Numbered from the stretch's first letter, positions 1 through 16,457 are shown. The stretch: DNA of 20,629 bases from Eledone cirrhosa (GCA_964016885.1 CAXHJY010000737.1:1-20629), one strand, 5' to 3'. Notes: a model not told the origin generated them from the letters alone. Made by a program: numbers and translations.

Positions 1-3481
<3,481 letters not shown>

Positions 3482-3872
3482 ATGACCCATTAGCCTTTGT
3501 CAAGGCAGAATTCTAGGAGAAGGAAAACTCTGATATAACACCTGCAACCCTGATGGTATCCAATGATGTTGACTTGATCTTCTTTTTGGTAAATATCATC
3601 TTGGTTAAGAGAGTGGGACTGGCTTTGTGCAGTGCCTTTGCTCACTATAAAAGCTTCACGGCACAGGCATTGCTTTATATCTGGAGATCTCTCTGCACTT
3701 GTCGTCACATGGTACCAACACTATGTGTCAATAATTGTCACAAGTGTAGTGTTTATACCAGAGCTTTCAAGTCGCTGGCTGGACTAAAATGTCACACTCG
3801 TTCAGTGCATCGGTAGGGGTTTTACATGGATATAAAGTAGTGGCCGTACTCGAAAACGAGTTGGCAGCCACC
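3482..3872 (+). mobile_element. 5'-truncated copy of a short non-autonomous RTE-like retroelement
   Basis: Diverged homologue of ~4587-4988; contains GGAGAAGGAAAACTCTGAT (resembles RTE 5'UTR motif), degenerate C2H2 remnant (..[18 protein letters not shown]), 3' stem-loop CTCG-AAAA-CGAG, ends GCAGCCACC then (AT)n. Confidence 0.7.
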
Positions 3873-4222
<350 letters not shown>

Positions 4223-4387
4223 GGTGGCTGCCAACTCGTTTTCGAGTACGGCCACTACTTTATATCCATGTAAAACCCCTACCGATGCACTGAACGAGTG
4301 TGACATTTTAGTCCAGCCAGCGACTTGAAAGCTCTGGTATAAACACTACACTTGTGACAATTATTGACACATAGTGTTGGTACCATG
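4223..4387 (-). repeat. 165-bp inverted copy of 3708-3872 (3' end of RTE-like element)
   Basis: Reverse complement of 3708-3872 with no mismatch seen by eye; shares the indel state of the first copy, not of the 4382-4988 copy. Confidence 0.95.
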
Positions 4388-4469
4388 GTCAGGTCACCAG
4401 TTGGTGCTACTGGTAACATGTATCCCAGTACAACCTGTCTCATGGTCGGGTCGTTGGCGACTAAACTGG
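4381..4469 (+). ncRNA. Candidate HDV-like ribozyme (probably degenerate in this copy)
   Basis: P1 (t)ACCATG 4381-4387 / CATGGTC 4441-4447; J1/2 hairpin ACCAGT/ACTGGT; P2 CCAGT 4425-4429 / ACTGG 4465-4469; CC 4434-4435 / GG 4448-4449 (P1.1); P4 TCG-TTGG-CGA; J4/2 CTAA. P3/L3 region is only 11 nt and imperfect. Confidence 0.55.
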
Positions 4470-4988
4470 CAACCCCACCAAGGTTTCTTGGTGAGGAGGG
4501 TGACTTTGGACATCCTGCAGGACTAAAAACAAAACCTGTCAAAGCAGCTCTTAAGAGTCAATGGCTATCCAAAATCACCGGGAGAGATGACCCCTTAGCC
4601 TTTGTAAAGGCAGAATTCTAGGAGAAGGAAAACTCTGATATAACACCCGCAAACATGATGGTATCCAATGATGTTGACTTGTTCTTCATTTTGGTAAATA
4701 TCATCTTGGTTAAGAGAGTGGGACTGGCTTTGTGCAGTGCCTTTGCTCACTATAAAAGCTTCACGGCACAGGCATTGCTTTATATCTGGAGATCTCTCTG
4801 CACTTGTCGTCACATGGTACCATGGGCCCTGCACTATGTGTCAGTAATTGACACACGTGTACTGTTTGTACCAGAGTTTTCAAGTCGCTGGCTGGACTAA
4901 AAAGTCACACTCGTTCAGCGCATCGGTAGGGGTTCTCCTACATGGATATAAAGTAATGGCCGTACTCGAAAACGAGTTGGCAGCCACC
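4382..4988 (+). mobile_element. Near full-length (~600 bp) non-autonomous, internally deleted RTE-like element
   Basis: 5' HDV-like fold, GGAGAAGGAAAACTCTGAT motif, intact C2H2 coding remnant at 4858-4929, 3' stem-loop, (AT)n tail; no RT or endonuclease coding. Confidence 0.7.
4858..4929 (+). pseudogene. C2H2 zinc-finger coding remnant (C-terminus of an RTE-type ORF)
   Basis: Hand translation [23 protein letters not shown] = C-x2-C-x3-F-x5-L-x2-H-x4-H followed by stop. Confidence 0.75.
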
Positions 4989-6460
<1,472 letters not shown>

Positions 6461-6500
6461 TAATCTACCTTGTATATTTATCTACTATATGTATATGTAT

Positions 6501-7747
6501 TTATCTACCTTTATTTCAGCAAGGCCTTTGACAGGGTTGATCATAACATTCTACTGAGAAAGCTGTCCAATATTGGTGTCACTGGAAAGCTGCTGCAGTG
6601 GATCAAGAGCTTCCTGTCAAATAGAACCCAACATGTTGTAGTTGAAGGAGTCAAATCCAGCCCAGCCAACGTCAGTAGCGGGGTCCCATAAGGCACTGTC
6701 TTGGGCCCACTTCTCTTCATCATCTACATTAATGACATCACTGAAATCATCAAACACAGCAACATTAAAATTGTCGCTGATGATTCCAAGCTCCAAAAGG
6801 TCATCAATGGCGTGGATGACGGGATAAGCCTTCAGTCAGACCTACTGGCTGTTACCCAATGGGCGGAAAAGAACAAACATGTTACTGAACGGAGACAAAT
6901 TCGAACTGATCCACTTTGGAAAAGAGGATGCCCTGAAACTCCCGTACTCCCTTCCCTCCGGGGAAACTCTCGTGGCATCTAACAACATCAGAGACTTGGG
7001 AGTAACCGTGGACAGCAACATAAGCTGGGCCACGCATATAAGCAGCAAAGTTGACATGGCCCGCAGAATGTGTTCCTGGATCCTCAGAACCTTCCAGTCG
7101 AGAGATTCCCACACCATTATCCTTCTCTTCTCTACTTTTACCCGACCACACCTTGAATACTGTTGTCCACTGTGGTCTCCTCACACGAAACAAAGTATCA
7201 TGAAACTTGAAGCTCCTCAAAGGGCAATCACGAAAAAGATAGATGGCATGTCAGACCTTGACTACTGGGGTCGACTAGAAAAGCTGAAACTTTATTCACT
7301 CCAACGTCGCCGTGAGCGTTATATTATCTGCATGATGTGGAAAATGTTCCATCATCACTGCCCAAATGATGTTGGCATCGCCTTCAAGATACACCCAAGG
7401 TTGGGCCCCGTGCTATCCGTCCCATTCAAAAATCTAAATCGCAACTCATAACAACAATACGGAACAATTATTTCACCTCAATCGGCCCTGCTCTCTTCAA
7501 CATCACACCAGGACACGTCAAAACAGAAACTGACCACACAAAATTCAAGAAGTCTTTGGACAAATTCCTCCAAGTAATCCCGGACAAACCACTCACACCC
7601 GGATATGTCTCCGCAAACAGTAATTCTCTTCTCGAATGGGCCATGGTACCCAAGTCCTGAATTGAAAGACTTCGCCAGGTGGTGCTATTAAGTTAGACAT
7701 GGCCTGGGCCAATACTGGCCAAAACATTTCAAAGTTATTCAAAGTTA
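6501..7747 (+). mobile_element. 5'-truncated CR1/L2-group non-LTR retrotransposon, copy 1 (disrupted RT and C-terminus)
   Basis: RT motifs [52 protein letters not shown]; premature TAA at 6689-6691, frameshifts ~6876 and ~7400; 3' end TTCAAAGTTA-TTCAAAGTTA then (TA)n. Confidence 0.93.
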
Positions 7748-7787
7748 TATGTATATATATATATGTACATATATATATGTATATATG

Positions 7788-7840
<53 letters not shown>

Positions 7841-7861
7841 GAATATATGTATATATATATG

Positions 7862-7913
<52 letters not shown>

Positions 7914-7939
7914 TGTATATATATGTATATATATATATA
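7748..7939. repeat. (TA)n/TG microsatellite
   Basis: Directly visible. Confidence 0.97.
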
Positions 7940-8158
7940 GAAGACGATCGACTTTCGTCAAATCGGACCGAGGGAACAATGTTTCCGTTGGTCTTTCCAA
8001 TTGCTAATACTATCTCTCGGTCGCAACTCCAGGTAGAAGGAGCAACGTGAAATAAAGTGTCTTGCTCAAGGACATAACGCATCGCCTGTTCCAGGAATCG
8101 AACTCACAACCTTACGATTGCGAATCCAATTCTCTAACCACTCAGCCACACGCCTTCA
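7940..8158 (-). mobile_element. tRNA-derived SINE (Pol III A/B boxes, CORE-like central motif, structured tail)
   Basis: Minus strand: A box TGGCTGAGTGG (8138-8148), B box GTTCGATTCC (8094-8103), then TGTCCTTGAGCAAGACACTTTATTTCAC; whether 7940-8038 belongs to the SINE is inferred. Confidence 0.8.
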
Positions 8159-8180
8159 TATATATATATATATGTATGTA

Positions 8181-8225
<45 letters not shown>

Positions 8226-8254
8226 ATATATATATGTATATATGTATATATATA

Positions 8255-8287
<33 letters not shown>

Positions 8288-8302
8288 ATATATATGTATA
8301 TA

Positions 8303-8335
<33 letters not shown>

Positions 8336-8518
8336 ATATATATATATATATGTATATATATGTATATATATGTATATATATGTATATATATATGTATATA
8401 TATGTATATATATATGTATATATATATATATATATGTATATATATGTATATATATGTATATATATATGTATATATATGTATATATATGTATATATATATA
8501 TATATGTATATATATATG

Positions 8519-8613
<95 letters not shown>
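8159..8613. repeat. (TA)n/TG microsatellite
   Basis: Directly visible. Confidence 0.97.
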
Positions 8614-8617
<4 letters not shown>

Positions 8618-8700
8618 TAAGATAAGCAGAACAAGTAAAATTCAATCAATTTTTCAAAATACATTAAAAAATATAATATAAATATTTACCTCTTCTAGTG

Positions 8701-8782
8701 GCCCTTACTGATCAGTTTCGCTTTGTAAAACCTCATAAATCCGATGGATTCATGATGGAAAACCAAAGCTCATCAGAGAAGC
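8701..8782 (-). ncRNA. Type I hammerhead ribozyme, family A copy 1
   Basis: Minus strand GCUUCU-CUGAUGA-GCUUUG...CAAAGC-GAAA-CUGAUCAG-UA^AGGGC; full core, long stem II, palindromic helix III. Confidence 0.88.
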
Positions 8783-9185
8783 ATTTTCCCATCCTAGGGC
8801 TAAACGTCCCAGGAACGACAAAATATACAACCTCCTGCCAGCTAATAAAGGTCTGAAAGGTCGTAAAAGTGACCCGTATGTAAACTGGACCGAAGTAAAA
8901 GCGGGAAAATCAAAGACTTGCTGTCTACAATTACTACTAAAGAAATAGCAGCCTAGTAAAGCAACAGATTTGTTCTCAACGGACGGAGAAAAAGGTATAA
9001 GTTAATATGTCCAGGGATACTAGGTACCCCTAGAAATACATAGGTTGTCTATGATTCAGGGTTGTTCAATGGTGTTAATTTGATACACCAGAACTTTAAT
9101 ATTAAGATAAGCAGAACAAGTAAAATTCAATCAATTTTTCAAAATACATTAAAAAATATAATATAAATATTTACCTCTTCTAGTG

Positions 9186-9267
9186 GCCCTTACTGATCAG
9201 TTTCGCTTTGTAAAACCTCATAAATCCGATGGATTCATGATGGAAAACCAAAGCTCATCAGAGAAGC
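9186..9267 (-). ncRNA. Type I hammerhead ribozyme, family A copy 2
   Basis: Same as 8701-8782 (+485). Confidence 0.88.
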
Positions 9268-9670
9268 ATTTTCCCATCCTAGGGCTAAACGTCCCAGGAA
9301 CGACAAAATATACAACCTCCTGCCAGCTAATAAAGGTCTGAAAGGTCGTAAAAGTGACCCGTATGTAAACTGGACCGAAGTAAAAGCGGGAAAATCAAAG
9401 ACTTGCTGTCTACAATTACTACTAAAGAAATAGCAGCCTAGTAAAGCAACAGATTTGTTCTCAACGGACGGAGAAAAAGGTATAAGTTAATATGTCCAGG
9501 GATACTAGGTACCCCTAGAAATACATAGGTTGTCTATGATTCAGGGTTGTTCAATGGTGTTAATTTGATACACCAGAACTTTAATATTAAGATAAGCAGA
9601 ACAAGTAAAATTCAATCAATTTTTCAAAATACATTAAAAAATATAATATAAATATTTACCTCTTCTAGTG

Positions 9671-9752
9671 GCCCTTACTGATCAGTTTCGCTTTGTAAAA
9701 CCTCATAAATCCGATGGATTCATGATGGAAAACCAAAGCTCATCAGAGAAGC
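9671..9752 (-). ncRNA. Type I hammerhead ribozyme, family A copy 3
   Basis: Same as 8701-8782 (+970). Confidence 0.88.
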
Positions 9753-10155
9753 ATTTTCCCATCCTAGGGCTAAACGTCCCAGGAACGACAAAATATACAA
9801 CCTCCTGCCAGCTAATAAAGGTCTGAAAGGTCGTAAAAGTGACCCGTATGTAAACTGGACCGAAGTAAAAGCGGGAAAATCAAAGACTTGCTGTCTACAA
9901 TTACTACTAAAGAAATAGCAGCCTAGTAAAGCAACAGATTTGTTCTCAACGGACGGAGAAAAAGGTATAAGTTAATATGTCCAGGGATACTAGGTACCCC
10001 TAGAAATACATAGGTTGTCTATGATTCAGGGTTGTTCAATGGTGTTAATTTGATACACCAGAACTTTAATATTAAGATAAGCAGAACAAGTAAAATTCAA
10101 TCAATTTTTCAAAATACATTAAAAAATATAATATAAATATTTACCTCTTCTAGTG

Positions 10156-10237
10156 GCCCTTACTGATCAGTTTCGCTTTGTAAAACCTCATAAATCCGAT
10201 GGATTCATGATGGAAAACCAAAGCTCATCAGAGAAGC
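10156..10237 (-). ncRNA. Type I hammerhead ribozyme, family A copy 4
   Basis: Same as 8701-8782 (+1455). Confidence 0.88.
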
Positions 10238-10632
10238 ATTTTCCCATCCTAGGGCTAAACGTCCCAGGAACGACAAAATATACAACCTCCTGCCAGCTAA
10301 TAAAGGTCTGAAAGGTCGTAAAAGTGACCCGTATGTAAACTGGACCGAAGTAAAAGCGGGAAAATCAAAGACTTGCTGTCTACAATTACTACTAAAGAAA
10401 TAGCAGCCTAGTAAAGCAACAGATTTGTTCTCAACGGACGGAGAAAAAGGTATAAGTTAATATGTCCAGGGATACTAGGTACCCCTAGAAATACATAGGT
10501 TGTCTATGATTCAGGGTTGTTCAATGGTGTTAATTTGATACACCAGAACTTTAATATTAAGATAAGCAGAACAAGTAAAATTCAATCAATTTTTCAAAAT
10601 ACATTAAAAAATATAATATAAATATTTACCTC

Positions 10633-11283
10633 TATATTATATTTTTTAATGTATTTTGAAAAATTGATTGAATTTTACTTGTTCTGCTTATCTTAATATT
10701 AAAGTTCTGGTGTATCAAATTAACACCATTGAACAACCCTGAATCATAGACAACCTATGTATTTCTAGGGGTACCTAGTATCCCTGGACATATTAACTTA
10801 TACCTTTTTCTCCGTCCGTTGAGAACAAATCTGTTGCTTTACTAGGCTGCTATTTCTTTAGTAGTAATTGTAGACAGCAAGTCTTTGATTTTCCCGCTTT
10901 TACTTCGGTCCAGTTTACATACGGGTCACTTTTACGACCTTTCAGACCTTTATTAGCTGGCAGGAGGTTGTATATTTTGTCGTTCCTGGGACGTTTAGCC
11001 CTAGGATGGGAAAATGCTTCTCTGATGAGCTTTGGTTTTCCATCATGAATCCATCGGATTTATGAGGTTTTACAAAGCGAAACTGATCAGTAAGGGCCAC
11101 TAGAAGAGGTAAATATTTATATTATATTTTTTAATGTATTTTGAAAAATTGATTGAATTTTACTTGTTCTGCTTATCTTAATATTAAAGTTCTGGTGTAT
11201 CAAATTAACACCATTGAACAACCCTGAATCATAGACAACCTATGTATTTCTAGGGGTACCTAGTATCCCTGGACATATTAACT

Positions 11284-11287
<4 letters not shown>
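10633..11287 (+). repeat. Inverted (fold-back) arm of array A, ~1.35 units
   Basis: Reverse complement of array A beginning immediately after ..AATATTTACCTCT; ends ACTTATA running into TA tract. Confidence 0.95.
11016..11097 (+). ncRNA. Type I hammerhead ribozyme, family A copy 5 (in inverted arm)
   Basis: CTGATGA 11022-11028; stem II GCTTTG/CAAAGC plus inner TCATGAATCC/GGATTTATGA; GAAA 11079-11082; CTGATCAG; GTA cleavage triplet 11090-11092. Confidence 0.88.
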
Positions 11288-11628
<341 letters not shown>

Positions 11629-11760
11629 TAGAATTCCGAACCCTCTATTAGGTTGATGCAAATGCCACAGTTGGGTCTATCGCATTTAACCCACAGTAAT
11701 AAAATGCGATAGACCCAACTGTGGCATTTGCATCAACCTAATAGTGGGTTCGGAATTCTA
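11629..11760. repeat. 59-bp inverted repeat (11629-11687 / 11702-11760), 14-nt spacer, 1 mismatch
   Basis: TAGAATTCCGAACCC...CGCATTT versus AAATGCG...GGGTTCGGAATTCTA. Confidence 0.95.
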
Positions 11761-12103
11761 TTTCAAAGATGGACAACGTTTTATAGTAAAATACAATTTC
11801 ACATGTGCATCGGAAAATCTAATATATGTATTAACTTGTTCAGGTTGTCGAGAACAATACATAGGCCAGACCAAAAACAGCCTTTGCCAACGCATGACTG
11901 TCCATAGATCCCAAATTAAAATACGGGAATACAGGAAAATACCACTGAGTGAACACATTGATACCTGTGCCGCCCAAAATCATCCCAACTTCAGAATCTT
12001 TCCCCTCTACAAATTTAAAGATAATGCCACCCACACCCAGCGCATCAGCAAGGAATCTTACTTCATTAACAAATACGGACCCCGTCTAAACACTTCTCCC
12101 TAA
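11690..12103 (+). mobile_element. 5'-truncated Penelope-like element ORF: Cys-rich linker plus GIY-YIG endonuclease (Neptune-type architecture)
   Basis: Open frame from 11690: [14 protein letters not shown]...FTCASENLIYVLTCSGCREQYIGQT..L.QRMTVHRSQI...PLSEH...R..KESYFI.KY.PRLN; LIY/YIG motifs, conserved R, H, E, N; no RT portion. Confidence 0.88.
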
Positions 12104-12245
12104 GACGAACCCACAACATACACACGTCAACATACATACCTACATCAGCACACATCTCTACCCACATATAAACACAATGACACACGTAAACACACATGCT
12201 CTATAGTGCAATACAAAAAAATATATGTGCATATATATGTATGTA

Positions 12246-12282
<37 letters not shown>

Positions 12283-12425
12283 AATGTATGTATGTGTGTA
12301 TATATATATAGTGAAAATCATTTCACACCTTTTATTGTTAAGATTTTTGATGTTCTTTTAAGAGAACTGAAAAAATCGAATAATGTACACCATTTTACCA
12401 GGGGGGAAAAAAATACTGGTCCACC

Positions 12426-12587
12426 CACACACACACACACATATATACACAAACACATACACACGCGTACATCAACATACAAAGAGACTTATACACACAC
12501 ACACACACACACTTCTCCGTATAAGACAAAAGCTTAAAAATATCTTTTGACCTTCGAATGACTCTGCTATACACACACACACACACA

Positions 12588-12642
<55 letters not shown>

Positions 12643-12713
12643 ATCTTAATAGCCATTTGACACACATCGCTGCTGGCCATTGTCGCAGCATCGAACACAT
12701 TACTACTACTACT

Positions 12714-12810
<97 letters not shown>
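12426..12810. repeat. Clustered (CA)n microsatellites (main tracts ~12571-12640 and ~12714-12810)
   Basis: Directly visible. Confidence 0.95.
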
Positions 12811-12811
<1 letters not shown>

Positions 12812-12836
12812 TTGTTGTGAAAGAGTCATTTCTCAA

Positions 12837-13072
12837 TCTTGGCGCAAAACCAATTTTTTATCCACATGCCCTCTACCGACCAATCAAAATTGTTTTGACC
12901 AATAATTTTTGCTGGAGCCACTTTTTTTAACATTTTAACATAAAAACAGTCTTGGCGCAAAATCAACTTTTTACATACACATGACCTCTACCGACCAATC
13001 AAAATTGTTTTGACCACAAGCATTTTTGCAACACAAAAATAACGCTGGAGCCACTTTTTTAACATAAAAACA
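12837..13072 (+). repeat. Diverged direct repeat, two ~112-123 bp units (12837-12948, 12950-13072)
   Basis: Both units contain TCTTGGCGCAAAA, CCTCTACCGACCAATCAAAATTGTTTTGACC, GCTGGAGCCACTTTTTT, AACATAAAAACA. Confidence 0.9.
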
Positions 13073-13357
13073 CGTAGAATTCCCAAAACTAATCAGATCA
13101 GAGCAAACAACACGGGCACTCTATCTCAAAATTATTTTTGAAAAGCATTTAGAAATGCGCAACCGGTAAAAACTTAAAAACTTAAAACCACAACTGAATA
13201 CTAACCCATACAATCACTAATACTCTTTTATTCCTAATTAAACCATTTTTCAACTGTGAACAATTTGTCAGCATTTTCTATTCCGTTTACCAATATATGT
13301 ATATATATATATATATGTATATATGTATATATATATATGTATATGTATATGTATATA

Positions 13358-13642
13358 TAACTTTGACTTTGAATAACTTTGAAATGTTTTGGCCAGTATT
13401 GGCCCAGGCCATGTCTAACTTAATAGCACCACCTGGCGAATTCTTTCAATTCAGGATTTGGGCACCATGGCCCATTCGAGAAGAGAATTACTGTTTGCGG
13501 AGACATATCCGGGTGTGAGTGGTTTGTCCGGGATTACTTGGAGGAATTTGTCCAAAGACTTCTTGAATTTTGTGTGGTCAGTTTCTGTTTTGACGTGTCC
13601 TGGTGTGATGTTGAAGAGAGCAGGGCCGATTGAGGTGAAATA
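13358..13642 (-). mobile_element. Short 3' fragment of the same CR1/L2-group LINE (copy 2)
   Basis: Reverse complement of the LINE 3' end ([10 protein letters not shown]...EWAMVPKS* plus 3'UTR), flanked by TA on both sides. Confidence 0.93.
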
Positions 13643-13664
13643 TATATATATATATGTATATATG

Positions 13665-13723
<59 letters not shown>

Positions 13724-13994
13724 ATATATATATGTATATATATATGTATATATATGTATATATATGTATATATATGTATATATATATGTATATATATATG
13801 TATATATATATGTATATATATATGTATATATATATGTATATATATGTATATATATATGTATATATATGTATATATATATGTATATATATGTATATATATG
13901 TATGTATATATATGTATATATATGTATGTATATATATGTATATATATGTATATATATATGTATATATATGTATATATATATGTATATATATATG

Positions 13995-14092
<98 letters not shown>

Positions 14093-14119
14093 TATATATA
14101 TGTGTATATATATGTATAT

Positions 14120-14153
<34 letters not shown>

Positions 14154-14258
14154 ATGTGTATATATATATATATGTATGTGTATATATGTATATATATGTA
14201 TATATATATGTATATATATGTATATATATATATGTATATATATATGTGTATATATGTA

Positions 14259-14301
<43 letters not shown>

Positions 14302-14316
14302 GTGTATATATGTATA

Positions 14317-14355
<39 letters not shown>

Positions 14356-14776
14356 ATATATGTATATATATGTATATATATGTATATATATGTATATATA
14401 TGTATATATATATATGTATATATATATGTATATATATATGTATATATATGTATATATATATGTATATATATGTATATATATGTATATATATATGTATATA
14501 TATGTATATATATGTATATATATATGTATATATATGTATATATATATGTATATATATATGTATATATATGTATATATATATGTATATATATATGTGTATA
14601 TATATGTATATATATATGTATATATATATGTATATATATATGTATATATATGTATATATATGTATATATGTATATATATGTATATATATGTATATATATG
14701 TATATATATATGTATATATATATGTATATATATATGTATATATATATGTATATATATATGTATATATGTATATATG

Positions 14777-14807
<31 letters not shown>
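13643..14807. repeat. (TA)n/TG microsatellite
   Basis: Directly visible. Confidence 0.98.
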
Positions 14808-16377
14808 CCTCCTCTTGCCAATCTGTGGCGGAACTCACTGGATGCTGGATATGTGCCAGAAAACCTTCTATCCCAGTCTGTTGTCCCAGTTTTCAAAAGG
14901 GAAACAATTCCCTTGCCGTGAATTACCGTCCAATCTCACTCACCTCTCATATTATTCAGGTATTTGAGCGAGTGGTGAGATCGCGAATGACCCACTTCCT
15001 TGAGAGTAACAATATGCTGAACTCCAACCAGCATGGATTCCGTAATGGAAGGGATTGCCTGACGCAGCTACTGCATCACTTTCATGACATTTTGAGAGCC
15101 TTGGGAGAGGGTTCCAACACTGATGTTATCTACCTTGATTTCAGCAAGGCAAGGCCTTTGACAGGGTTGATCATAACATTCTACTGAGAAAGCTGTCCAA
15201 TATTGGTGTCACTGGAAAGCTGCTGCAGTGGATCAAGAGCTTCCTGTCAAACAGAACACAACATGTTGTAGTTGAGGGAGTCAAATCAAGCCCAGCCAAA
15301 GTCAGTAGTGGGGTCCCACAAGGCACTGTGTTGGGCCCACTTCTCTTCATCATCTATATTAATGACATCACTGACATCATCAAACACAGCAACATTAAAA
15401 TTTTCGCTGATGATTCCAAGCTCCAAAAGGTCATCAATGGCGTGGATGACCGGATAAGCCTTCAGTCAGACCTACTGGCTGTTACCCAATGGGCAGAAAA
15501 GAACAACATGTTACTGAACGAAGACAAATTCGAACTGATCCACTTTGGAAAAGAGGATGCGCTGAAACTCCCGTACTCCCTTCCCTCTGGGGAATCTCTC
15601 GTGGCATCTAACAACATCAGAGACTTGGGAGTAACCGTGGACAGCAACATAAGCTGGACCACGCATATAAGCAGCAAAGTTGACATGGCCCGCAGAATGT
15701 GTTCCTGGATCCTCAGAACCTTCCAGTCGAGAGATTCCCGCACCATTATCCTTCTCTTCTCTACTTTCGCCCGACCACACCTTGAATACTGTTGTCCACT
15801 GTGGTCTCCCCACACGAAACAAAGTATCATGAAACTTGAAGCTCCTCAAAGGGCAATCACGAAAAAGATAGATGGCATGTCAGACCTTGACTACTGGGGT
15901 CGATTAGAAAACCTGAAACTTTACTCACTCCAACGTCGCCGTGAGCGTTATATTATCTGCATGATGTGGAAAATGTTCCATCATCACTGCCCAAATGATG
16001 TTGGCATCGCCTTCAAGATACACCCAAGGCTTGGGCCCCGTGCTATCCGTCCCATTCAAAAATCTAAATCGCAACTCATAACAACAATACGGCACAATTA
16101 TTTCACCTCAATCGGCCCTGCTCTCTTCAACATCACACCAGGACACGTCAAAACAGAAACTGACCACACAAAATTCAAGAAGTCTTTGGACAAATTCCTC
16201 CAAGTAATCCCGGACAAACCACCCACACCCGGATATGTCTCCGCAAACAGTAATTCTCTTCTCGAATGGGCCATGGTGCCCAAATCCTGAATTGAAAGAC
16301 TTCGCCAGGTGGTGCTATTAAGTTAGACATGGCCTGGGCCAATACTGGCCAAAACATTTCAAAGTTATTCAAAGTTA
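14808..16377 (+). mobile_element. 5'-truncated CR1/L2-group non-LTR retrotransposon, copy 3 (nearly whole RT domain to 3' end)
   Basis: [74 protein letters not shown]..; frameshift ~14897 and 5-bp AAGGC duplication ~15145-15155; ORF stop at 16290; no endonuclease domain retained. Confidence 0.95.
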
Positions 16378-16407
16378 TATATATATATGTATATATATGT
16401 ATATATG

Positions 16408-16444
<37 letters not shown>

Positions 16445-16457
16445 GTATATATATGTA

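Larger units (their letters stand above)
8614..10633 (-). mobile_element. Tandem array A: ~4.2 copies of a 485-bp non-coding hammerhead-containing unit (retrozyme / Penelope pLTR-like)
   Basis: GATAAGCAGA recurs at 8621, 9106, 9591, 10076, 10561 (period 485); no differences seen by eye; no ORF in the track; one hammerhead per full unit on the minus strand. Confidence 0.9.

Noticed and set aside
6842-7220. Minus-strand ORFs over the LINE copies (also 15462-15849)
   Set aside because: Antisense shadows of RT coding sequence with no recognisable motifs
8085-8158. tRNA gene
   Set aside because: A and B boxes present but no convincing acceptor stem, and it is followed by a SINE central motif
8850-8900. 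Possible second, plus-strand hammerhead in unit A (GGTCTGAAAGGTC...GACCGAAG)
   Set aside because: Core reads CUGAAAG and GAAG rather than CUGANGA and GAAA; stems I and III do not form
8614-10633. CRISPR array or rDNA/5S-type repeat
   Set aside because: Identical long units with no variable spacers; no recognisable rRNA, tRNA or snRNA sequence
12395-12905. HT- and CV-repeat ORFs
   Set aside because: Translation of (CA)n microsatellites
15328-16290. 320-aa RT ORF as a functional CDS
   Set aside because: Fragment of a 5'-truncated LINE with upstream frameshifts; lacks N-terminal RT motifs and endonuclease
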